The position numbers were made by a program, and so were the translations under genes. From Paecilomyces variotii (taxonomy: Eukaryota), in the NCBI GenBank assembly GCA_004022145.1, contig RCNU01000002.1: a stretch of 64,000 nt of DNA. The stretch is one strand, 5' to 3'. Positions 52,831 through 64,000 of this stretch are shown here, piece after piece. The notes beneath the pieces were generated by a model. The model was not told where the DNA came from, did not search any database, and saw only the letters and a program-made list of their open reading frames with translations. Each line of letters starts with the position of its first letter. The first letter of the stretch is position 1.

Positions 52831-55800
52831 GGTGAAGAATACAGGAAAGGTAGGGAATGAGGGGACAGCGCAACCCTAGGCAGCTGTCGGTCGAGATCAA
52901 CCGCGTCGATGATCGCACGGTATTATCTTGCTGCGATATGTGCAGGAAGTGAAGGAGACGCCCGCGCCCAGGTACAAGACCGTCTCGACGACGAGGAATA
53001 ATATGTTTTTGCGGTAGGGATATGGTGGTGTAGAAACGACGGGAGTGAAGGGTTGAGACGACTAAGAGAAATAGAACGCGTTGTCGTCGCTTCCGTCTAT
53101 CACCGCAGACCTCGATTGTCACAACAAGAAGTCGCGGGTCTAGAACAGCGTCACTGTACGAGAAGAGCCGTCTCGAGACGTCCGGCGGATGATATCACAA
53201 GGTTTCTCCGACTGCGCAATATGGCATTCCTGGAGGTTCGGACACACGGATATGATCAAGCTGTCTCACTCACAACTCCGCATTCCAAGTGCCTTGACAA
53301 ATCACGGTTATCGGGCACCTCAGTTTCGGTGACGCTGGATAATACTCGACTCGTTCCAATGGTCTCAACTGTCGACGCACAAGATGATAGAAAAACTGGA
53401 GTACGGGGTACACAAGAAGAGTCGGACGTTGCCAGGTCGGGGCCCCATTATCTTTATCTATCTGCGATACGCGCAAAACACCTCCTTAAGCTCGGTCCCG
53501 CAGCGTGGGATTAGAGACCTTGTCGATTCTACTCTACTGAGCGCTATGAGCGCTAAGGCTGCAAGCTATGGATTAATCCTGGTCCACCGTCGAGCATCTG
53601 CACATCCTTCAACTGCTCCAAGGTTCTTGCCGCTGTCTCGAAAAGGGGTGCACGTATGCAGCGCTACTGGCATCGAGTACGGAGTACAAGTGGTCGCTCC
53701 AGGGTTCTAACAGGCCGGCAGCATCAAGAACTCTAGTTTTTTCGCGGTCTCCGACAGTTTGCGCACTGTCCTGTATCTAAGGCCCGCTAAGGCTCTCAGG
53801 TTCAGACGGTCGTCTACTCCGTAGACAGGTTCCCATCTTGGCTTGCAATCCCAATTAAAATTATCAATATGACAGGCCGCGACCATGGCCTGACATAAGG
53901 ACATTTCGAAAAACTGATTAGGAAACAGTTCTGGACCCCGCCGATTCTCAGATCTACGCACTAAAGACCGACGGCGTGCGTGAATCTCTATGGGCGGCAG
54001 AAGACATCGCGTGGTACACGTCAGTTACACGGGACAAGGGAATAGGAGGTGGCAACCGATCTGGAAGTGGATGAGCGAGAGATTACCTCTTGCCAATCTA
54101 TCGGGCCCAGATGTCAATCAGCGATGCTGTGCTTTTCGGGTGCCATATGCTGGTCATGATATGGGCATATTATTATCATGCGAATGTCCAATCCAAAGGA
54201 GATCTCTCCGTTTTGCGCTTTGTCGCCCCTCCTGCGAGGGTCCTGGACTCAGGACAGATACAATGACGGCCCTCTCCCCAGAACCGATAATTGACTAGTG
54301 GCATATCTAGACTTGAGATGGTTACTGCTCTTTGTGTGTCCACAATTTTTATCTCGCGGAAGGGAGATCCATGTTCCACTGGCGCGGTCTAAAACAGGGG
54401 CAAGTTGATGTTATAGGCGGACTCTAAATTAGACAGATAGGGGGTTCAGCTTGGCACTGCCCCAAAAGTTTGGAACCATGGAGCGGTCAATGTAAGGGGC
54501 CGTCGCTCTCTCTGGGCGGATATCAATCAAGTATCGTGTTCATCACAGCGAGCAAAAAAGAGCCGACCTTGGCGCCATACACAGGATACCTCGCGCAAGC
54601 TTTGGTCTTCGCTGTACTTATGAAGCTTCTCATGATGCAACCCGGGTAGATAACGACCCGGCAACAACATCCAAGACATACTACCGACTATTTCTTGTAG
54701 GCTGAGAATATCGACCACTTCGTGTCTCGTGCGCGTTTACAAGTCAATGGTCAGCGTCCAAGTCGGAACTCCATTCTAACGCAACCCGACTGCGAGATCT
54801 GCGACACGTGTTGTTGCGGAGCGATGTGTTTTATTAATATTCCATAGTGCCAGGGATTATTATGGACCTCCCTACCGTGTCGCCTTAGCACAGATCATGC
54901 TGGTATCCGGTGAGTTATAAACTTGTTTTCTGGACGAGTTCTCGGGCAGGTAATAATGCTGGTCGAGCCTATGCAGCTACCCCGGCGATATTCAAACTTG
55001 GCTTTTATAGCCCCCCCGTTAGACTAAACGTCAATAACGGTGTGAGTTTCACAGCAACCAACCACTCCTCTCGCTGTTCCTCGTGCGGATTATATTCGAA
55101 TTTTGGTCAAAGCTCTAGTGAATACGAGTACGCGCAGGGAGCTAAACAAAGCTAAGTAACCCGATTAAAAACCGAGATAGGTAGGCACTGGTAAACATGC
55201 GCCATAGCGCTGTAGGTTCCTAGTTCCCAGGTCGTCCATATTCCCGAAAGCGAGCTCGCTGTCGACGGTCGGACAGATGGCGTTTTTTGGTTTTTTTTTT
55301 TTTTTTGGCATTTGGTTTGTTCGAAATTGTGGGGAGAAACTCCGCGGCGGAGTTTTTTAGTTTATTCGAGAATAAGGTTAGAGTAGTATACTTAGATAGG
55401 CTAAGAGAGGGCCCCTGCCTGGTTTCGATTGTGTCCGGTTGATCTCAGTGTATGCTCTAGAACAGACAAACAACGCGTATTTAGATAGATAATTTCCTGA
55501 AGATGGACGAGTTAATAAGTGTTTCTTCGTATGTATGTAGTAACTAATCGGTTGAATGGTCTTGTGGTAAGTGTTACTGTAATTTCTCACGAAGCGGAGC
55601 AGTAATCTGTGTGCATACTCTAGAATATATATTTCGGAACTGTAGACAATATCCATTGCTCCCATATTGTAAATAACTCCACGCCACAACATACAGCGAA
55701 CAACTGTTGAATCAAACGATCCCAATTACCATAGCTGACTACCTATACTGTAACTGAAATAACTTTCTACACACCTTGATCTGGTGGATGGAAAAAAACG

Positions 55801-57177
55801 TCTCCAGACAGACAAATATCGATCGCGTAACATCAAAATGCTAACTGTGCAAGGACGAGTACATCTTCGCAACGAAAACTACAAGGAACAAGAAATCTAC
55901 CAACGAGGAAATACTATTCGATCTATAGTTTCTAAACGAAAAGGGTTACGAGGAAACGCGCCCATTGCGCTACTTACGGGCTAGGTGTATATCTATCGGG
56001 ATTACGAGTGAGTAATTTAGACCGGAGGCAAGACGTAGCATCTTAGCACAGGACTTAACCGCAGCATATCAAACACAAGAGAAGAGACTATGCAAATTTC
56101 CATATCTTCTAGTTGGAATACTGCAAGTTCATTCATGAGTGCGTATAGTAACTAGTACATGCGACGTGAGTAGCCAATTACAACTACAACTACAACTACC
56201 TCTATCCCGATCTCTATCGGTTGTTCCAAAGAAAGGGCAGTACTGAGATGGATACTGTATTGATCTAGGTGGAAGGAGATACTAAATGTGAGGAATCGAC
56301 TTGGATAGAAGGCGATGCTACTACGATGTCGCTACCCCTGGTCCTCGCACTGTACTTTCCTGGCTATCCGGAACAATATCTCAGTCATGAATACTCGAAT
56401 GGGCAAAGGAACTCTAATTGTTAATAGTGAGTAGATACTTCGAATCATCGATATGGAATAACACATCATATGTACTCTTGATATCTGTGCGATCAAAAGG
56501 CGCGGCGAGATGAAGATCGAATTTGTAATAGTAGCCATCCTTATCCTGTGTAGCAGACCAGCTCCATATTCCTATTTATATCTCTGCGACACGACAAATC
56601 CTCTAGATCACGAACTCACTCCTGCGTTTACGTGAGTCTTCAAAGGGATATAAAATACCTTGGGGCACGCGAATACGCGTCGCAGGTACGCACTCTATCG
56701 ACTCGAGTAGCTTTTATTACGTATATCCCTTGCATACCTCTTCATATGCGCTATCCGTGAAAGATAATCTCAGGTGACAGCATCATGGATACAATGATAT
56801 AATTATATGTGTACGACACAGATGAATGCAACTTGAAGCGATAGGGCTTATGGCATTGTGTGGGTTAATCAAAGTAAGAGATGTGCATGAATTGTTGTTA
56901 CGCAATGAGGACGACGACGATGATGTATTTGGAATCTACGATATGTTTGCGTATTCCGCTGATGTGCGTGTACCTGGCATTCAATATGATATAAATCGTG
57001 AATTATAAATAGAATGTCCTGATGTGAAATGGACTTCTATCTACTGCAATGCTGTGGAATGTGCATGATTCGTGACTGTTCATCGTCCTCATCTCCTCGA
57101 GTACCTACGTGTCGCGCCGCGCGAGGAATGCCTGGCACCCCTTCCTGGCTTCTACTTGACGCGCCGCCGCGTCGAGG

Positions 57178-58443
57178 CTAGTTTTGATCATCAACGAGAA
57201 AATATTCCCTTTTAATCCCACTTCGATCGCACATAGAGCGGAAGATGCCATCTCGCTTCTCCCAGAGTTTCAGAGGTTCGTCCATCTCTGCGATACGACC
57301 CTGGTCCATCACACAGATGCGATCGTACCCGATGATCGTGCGTAGCCTATGCGCGATGCACAGAAGTGTTTTACCTTTAAAACCGTAGGCCATTGTCCGT
57401 TGGATTTTCTGATCGGTTTCAAAGTCCACGGATGATGTGGCCTCATCGCAGACGATGATCCGAGAATCACGGACTAGGGCTCGCGCAAGAGCCATGAGCT
57501 GTCGCGCTTGGAATCTTTCACACTTTCTAGCAGTTCATTCTTGGTGGCCTCCAGGGTCTTATTGTCACCCTCAGGATGTGCCGTCTGTTCTGACTCCTCG
57601 ATGGCTTTCCCGCCAGCCTTTGCACGGCCAGATAACTTCATTGCTTTAGTGAAGATCATATTGATCAAAACAGCCCTTGCTTGTCCGCCAACCGTCATTC
57701 CATGATAAAGGTACTGATTCATGGACAAGCTAGTGACAACCAACCCAACATAGCGGTGATACCGATAGTCATACCAATGCCACGACCTACTGAGGGGGCT
57801 GGGCCATGACCTAGTTTAGAATAATAAGCATCCGTAGCAAATGCAATCAGATAACGTGTCGTATATGGTGCAAAGATTTGTAGGAGAGCAGCGAGGAGGT
57901 TGCCGACTCCGCCGATCCAAAATTCGACTTTGAAAGTCTCATAGACAGCCCAGAGTAAGGGATAAGTGTCACCACGCTCCAAACGTCGTCGGAACGAGAC
58001 ATCGAGCTTCTCTGCTAGTACACCTACGGATCTATCCGGGTTGACGGTCCATATATCCTGGATTTCGAGATGTCGGAGATAGCCAACCTGACAGGAAGAT
58101 CTCAGCTATGCTCCTCTGAAATAGAAACAGAAGGAAAATCCATACTCACATTCATCAATGGCCACATCCATTGGAAAGTTATGATGCTAAGAAAGTTGGC
58201 CCCATATTCCCTAGATACCGTCCGCTCAGATGGAAGTGGAGGTATCTTCTGAAGCCTCAAAGGGTTCAGCAGCGGATACCATTTGCAACCCTGTTTCGCT
58301 GGTTTGGCATCACTTGGATCTTGAGTACTATCACTTGTGCCTGACTGGGAAGCGGTTATGGGCTCCAGATTTTCCTTGTCAACCTGCAATGTCTCATCCA
58401 GCTCGTCTGTCGCCCGAACAGACCGTTGAAGTGTACCCACCAT
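57178..58443 (-). pseudogene. ABCC/Yor1-like ABC transporter pseudogene with a large internal deletion and a frameshift
   Basis: Intact lasso/TMD1 start (ANFLSIITFQWMWPLM, intron 58149-58088, GYLRHLEIQDIW) and a frameshift at about 57745. It then joins out of frame at about 57505 to the NBD2 end (RQLMALARAL, CDEATSSVD, IAHRL). Confidence 0.9.
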
Positions 58444-60122
58444 GGCTGTAGTTGTCGGCTGTCCTATGGTAGTTTCCTACCGGAACGCTTTTGCGCTTTT
58501 GGTCCTTTGGCCTGCGTGTGTGTATGGGTACGCAAAAAGACCAGAAAGCGACAGCTGCCAGCGTAGACAAGGGGTACACCATGGGGATGACAGCCATCCT
58601 TAAAAGCAGGCCGTCTCGTCTATTAAGCCTGGCAGATATTCTACGTCGGGGGTTGGCGTTGTCACTGACATCCGATAGGCAGGTCCAGGCTCACCCAATC
58701 GTATTTTTCTCTTTTCAACTAGTCATCGGTGGCTTTATCGTCCGATTGGGAGTGGCTATCAGGGAGAGCTGCGAGTCAAGTCAAGCAAACGAGATCCGTT
58801 GACCGAAGCCAGCCACGATTCGAGAAGCGGGAGGCCTAAAGATCTTGCGACGATCGTCGACATCAAAATCAGCATTTAGGGCAAAAGAAACAATTACCCG
58901 GAAGTCAGTCAGACTGTGCAGATCACACCGACAAACCCCCCCGTTCGCTGTACCATGCGGGATGCCCGCATTCGGGAGATAGGGAAACCTGCAACATTGA
59001 CATTCCTTTGCAGTCTGCATGTACAGTAAAAGAGAGCCCCACATAGACTCCTCTGTCGATACTTTTGACAAGTCTGGCTCGCAATTCTCGCTGCTTAACG
59101 ATGCATTTGGCGTAGCTCAATTGGGGTGAACAGTGACTCGGGGCTCGCTTCGCTATGTATCTGGTCAAGTAACGCAGTCCAAGCGGATTCCTGTTTAGCA
59201 GTCAGCGCCTACTCTAAGCTTTGGACTTAAGATGAGACCGAGAACTTGATGCCCTAGACGCTTGCGCGAGCATTTGTATCTGATCGATTTCCACGACTGT
59301 AACCACGACGTGCATGAGATTGTTCTGTTAGCGCATGAAGAACCCAACGTGTATTGCACGCGAGGCCGGTGCATAATGTTCTTTTACCAGAGGCCAGATA
59401 CCGGTTCTCCGACGGGTCCTCATCTTTGATGCTTATTGCAGCGGGGTTGTTAGTGACTTGATGATGCTTGATCCTGCGCGCTGGTGAGTAGCTAGCACGC
59501 TTACGTCGACACAAGACTCGAGGCTTTATCCTGTATGAGACTAATGAGGGGATTATGCATCACCGTGACCTGATATTCAATGAGTTTCCAGCTAGAAACT
59601 TGTCTCTTTGTGGTAATTAGCACCGTCGAAACATGAGTGTCGGATATGTTGATGTGTGTTTAGTGCCAGTCCCGAAGTGAGCCCGCATCCCGAGAGAAGA
59701 AGAGATGCACGCCAAGCACATCAGAATCAGAAGCGCTGACGACGCCCTACGAAATACCCCTGCCATGAGCGTATTTATGAGATAGTATTCGCAGACTAAT
59801 CAAGTTTGATGTTTCACTACACATATTTTCCGGCTGCAGCCTGCGGACCATCTTTTTGTTTTTCACACCGCTGGTTTCTATATCAACTTGCTCTATAGCT
59901 CTGGGGTCAGACTCTAACCATGCTTGTAAAAACATGACCTGTATTCACTATTGATTACCTCAAGACTACGTTGACAACAGACAATCGGTGACAGCAGGTC
60001 AGTAACATTGATGATTATATATGATACATCCCGGATGAGCGATGTCTACTGGGTTATTTTGTGTGGTAACAGATGTTGAGTCTTGGAGATGACACAAACG
60101 TCCACAAATAGGGGTATAGCCC

Positions 60123-61646
60123 TTACGCCTCGACGGTGATCTTGACCTTCTTCTCGGGGGGCGGAATGACTTTGTCTTCTGCCTCACCCTTCAGGTTGGG
60201 AAGCTCTTTGACAGCTTGCTCAATGATGCTTAAGGCGGTCTTGATCTCTTCCTCAGTAATAACCAACGGGGGTGCCAGGCGGATGATGTTCTGGTGAGTC
60301 GGTTTGGCCTGGCAAAAATTAGTAACGAACTTCCAAGAGTTGATCGGCGAGTTGCGAGAGAAAAGACTTACCAGCAAACCCTTCTCCTTCATCAACATGC
60401 ACAGATCCCATGCAGTGTGTCCACCAGTCTGGCTTTCATCGATAACGATGGCGTTGAGCAGACCCTTTCCGCGGATAGTCTGGATCACCGGGCTCTGCAG
60501 TGCCTTCAGTCCGTCGCGGAAGAGCTGTCCAAGCCTCTCTGCGTTTTCAACCATGTTCTCGTCTCTGACGATCTCGAGAGCTCGAATGGCAACAGCACAT
60601 CCGAGAGGGTTACCGCCGTACGTTGAACCGTGCGTGCCGGGCTCGACCGTAAGCATGACATCCTTGCGGCCAAGGACACACGAGACTGGGTACATGCCGC
60701 CTGAGATGGCCTTGCCCAGCAGAACGAGGTCAGGCTTGATGCCACTCCATTCATGGCAGAGGAGCTTTCCAGTACGGGCAATTCCGGTCTGGATCTCGTC
60801 ACAGATCAAGAGGGCATTGTACTCGTCACACAGCTTCCTGGCTTCCTTCAGATAGTCTTCATCCGGCACGACAATACCAGCTTCACCCTGGATCGGTTCC
60901 ACCAAGAATGCTGCAAGGTTCGAACCGGCCTTCTCGAAGGCTTCTCGGAGAACAGCCTTGTCATTGAAAGTGATAGGCTTATCCGTACCAGGAATCGTGG
61001 AACCGATGTTGGGAAGGTAGGGGCCGTAGTTGTCGCGCGATTCGGGATCAGACGACATGGAGATCGCTGCGAACTAGCAGAGCATCAGTATACCCACCAG
61101 TGTACGTTTATCTGCTCTTGGATGATATCTTACCGTTCGCCCGTGGAAGTTGTCTGCTGCACTCAGCACCACCGCCTGGTTCTCTGGGATCCCCTTCACC
61201 TTGTAACCCCACTTTCTGGCGATCTTGATACCAGTCTCGACAGCTTCAGCCCCCGTGTTCATCGGCATGACCATGTCGAATCCGAAGAACTTGGTGACGA
61301 ATTCCGCAAACTTGGGGAAGACGTCATTGTAGAAAGCTCGCGAGCTCAGCGTGAGCTTGGAAGCCTGATCTGTCAGAGCCTTGACGAGCTCGGGGTGGCA
61401 GTGACCCTGGTTCACAGCAGAGTAGGCTGACAGGAAATCGAGGTAGTGACGGCCCTCTGGATCCCATACGGACGTGCCAGAGGCGCGAGCGAAGACGACT
61501 GGAAGGGGGTGGTAGTTGTGAGCTGCATACTCCTTCTCCGCCGTAATGGCAGCTTCCGTGGAGGCAGCATGGTAGTTGGAGGCCTTGTCCGAGGCGGTGG
61601 ATTTGAGGCCAGCCGGCTGCGACCCAGACGTTGCAATTGGAGACAT
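60123..61646 (-). CDS. car2: Ornithine aminotransferase (PLP class III); introns 61133-61074 and 60371-60309
   Basis: [46 protein letters not shown] and [10 protein letters not shown]. Confidence 0.97.
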
Positions 61647-62245
61647 GCTGGCGGCAGCACAGGTCGGTGATGATAAGATCTGGTCGATTGAGGTTATACT
61701 CGAGATGAAAGGCGGATAGTGATGATCGTCCCACGTCAGCGGGGAAGTAGAGTAGTTTGGAGACAGAATAATGATCTCAGTCAGGAGGATAGGAAGAAAA
61801 GAACGGAACGGTCACCCCGACGCGCAGAAGTGGACTGTTGTCCATTCCGCTGGACGGCGAAAAGTCTTTTCATGGCGTCCATATCGACTAGACCTCTAAG
61901 TGCAGGTCTATCCGCGATGCCTCCAGACTGTAATCCTCGGAGGGGCCGCACCGGTTATGATCCACCGCTAACGAGAAGCCTTGACACATTCGCGGAGATG
62001 GTTTCCAATTGCGCCTCGTGCTATTCGTCGCCTGAGAACCTGATCCAGAGTCCTTGTATTCCAAGTCTCAGTAGTGAGGCCAACCAGAATAATAATAACA
62101 TAACTGGACCTTGACCGCGTGTCCGTTCATACACGACGTTAGCGCCGCCACCCCGTGTTGTTGCTGGTGTCGATCTCCGCGGCCAACCTTTGCATTCCGC
62201 TCTGGATTTGTGTCCTCATTGGAATCGCTATGAGCGCGCGAGATC

Positions 62246-64000
62246 ATGTCGACAGCCTCGTCTGAGCTGTCGCAGTCTTCTAGCGACACGGATAGTCGCG
62301 AAGGACATCCAGTCGCCCGGCGGATCCAGCGCCAGGGGATTCAGGAACGGCTCGACACTGCAGCGCCGCAGAATATTCTCTTGTCCCTGATCGCATTTCG
62401 CATCCTCAATGCCCTGTGCGTGCGCACGTTTTTCCAGCCGGATGAATTCTTCCAGTCTCTGGAGCCTGCATGGCAGCTCGCGTTTGGCAAGGACAGTGGT
62501 GCATGGATAACATGGGTAATTAGTTGAACGTTGGTTGAGACGGTGCATCGCTAATAGGAGCTTGCCAAAGGAATGGACGCACCATCTGCGGTCCTCGATT
62601 CATCCGATATTATTCGCAGCTGTATATTATGTCGCCGATATCCTGTCATGGTGCCTGCGTCTCTCACCGTTGACGCGTGCGGAGGTGCTAGTCGTTGCGC
62701 CAAAGATCACGCAAGCGATCATCGCGGCCGTGGGGGATTATTACACTTGGAAACTAGCGGGCAAGGTTTATGGACAAGGTAGCAATGAGGCATGGGCAGT
62801 GGTATGTGGACAATGCCGGTTGTGATGCGAAGGTCTATACTGACGGTCTGCAGCGGATGCTTACCGTCGTAAGCCCATGGCAGTGGTTTTGCTCTACGAG
62901 GACTTTCTCCAATTGTCTCGAAACAACCTTGACGGTCGTCGCATTGTACTTTTGGCCATGGAGATGGACTATTGCGCCTCAGAATAACAAGAGTGAGGAT
63001 GAGGACGACGATGACCTCATTACCAACAGTGACATGAACGAAGAGCCAGAGGAGCGCAATGAGTCTGGGAGGTATGTGGTCCACATGAATATAAGTAATT
63101 CATCTATCCTCTGACGGTTCTTATAGTCTGCGCAAGTGCCTGCTCCTTGCTGCCCTCGCATGTGTGCTGCGGCCCACGAATATCATCATCTGGATAACGC
63201 TTGCTGGCTTCATGCTATCCAAGGCTACCAGGGGAGAATGCTTGATCATTGCCAGAGAGGCTACCATTTGGGGGTAAGTTGCGGAAACCATCATTTCTCA
63301 CCGATTCTGACGGTAGTAGATCTTGCGTCTTGGGCTTCTCAATTTTTGTCGACTCTCTTTACTACGGAACGTGGACCTTTCCTCCCCTCAAATTTCTATA
63401 TTTCAACATAGCTCAATCACTGGCTGTGTTCTACGGTCGGAACGATTGGCATTACTACATATCACAGGGATTTCCTTTGCTTCTTATAACGGCGTTGCCT
63501 TTCGGACTGGTCGGACTATACCAGGCTGTCTTTCCTTGTACTCGTCCGCACCAGGAACACGCGGCAGCATCGATCAAGCGCCAGCTGGGCTGGGTTTGTA
63601 TCATCATGCCATCTGTCCTGTCCCTCATTTCACATAAGGAAGTCCGGTTCATCTACCCTCTGCTTCCGTGTTTACACATTCTGACGGCACCTCCATTTCT
63701 GGACTGCTTCCTGCCTGCGATCGCGAGCTCGTCCGCGGCGCACACGCCTCGCAGGCTTATCCTTCTTTTCCTTTTACTGGTGAATGTGACTATTGCGCTC
63801 TATACTACACTCACGCACGCTTCTGGTGTCATTGATGTTCTTTCGTATCTCCGTGGTGAGCACGAAGCGCACTACCAGGCTCAGACGCAACCCCCGCAGT
63901 CATCCCTGACCCCTGTTCTTCCTTCGAGTTCACCAAACATGACAGTAGGATTCCTCATGCCCTGTCATAGCACCCCCTGGCGATCAAATCTGGTCTTTCC
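62246..64000 (+). CDS. gpi10: GPI mannosyltransferase 3 (Gpi10/PIG-B), 3'-truncated by the window; introns about 62516-62570, 62802-62853, 63072-63125, 63274-63319
   Basis: [46 protein letters not shown] and [12 protein letters not shown]. Confidence 0.95.

Noticed and set aside
1-64000. Secondary-metabolite cluster, Starship element or CRISPR array
   Set aside because: No PKS, NRPS or terpene synthase backbone, no tyrosine-recombinase captain gene and no repeat-spacer array.

Overview
A gene-rich, intron-containing segment of a filamentous ascomycete genome. Gene content, GT-AG introns with CTAAC/CTGAC branch points and protein similarity suggest Eurotiales; this is inference, not a database result. 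Recognisable genes are an alpha/beta hydrolase, tRNA-Gly(GCC), atg5, a SAM-PH (Boi-like) protein, a Pro1/NosA/RosA-family Zn2Cys6 regulator, a CSA/Rad28 WD40 protein, an Rrn10-like protein, mnd1, palF/RIM8, shr3, a LaeA-like methyltransferase, a pterin carbinolamine dehydratase, a GFA-domain protein, a kinase-like protein, a GPI-anchored wall protein, ornithine aminotransferase and GPI10 (runs off the window). The most notable unexplained structures are: a ~200-nt nested fold-back hairpin in an unusually long shr3 intron; a 437-bp Vader-like MITE with a RIP-like signature upstream of the pro1-family gene; an ABCC transporter pseudogene with a multi-kb internal deletion and a 5-bp duplication frameshift; an intronless LaeA-like methyltransferase (retrocopy candidate); two spliced microprotein genes not fully captured by the ORF track; and a recurrent intergenic 9-mer, TACGGAGTA. 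I found no clear multi-gene novel system. Splice sites were read by eye.
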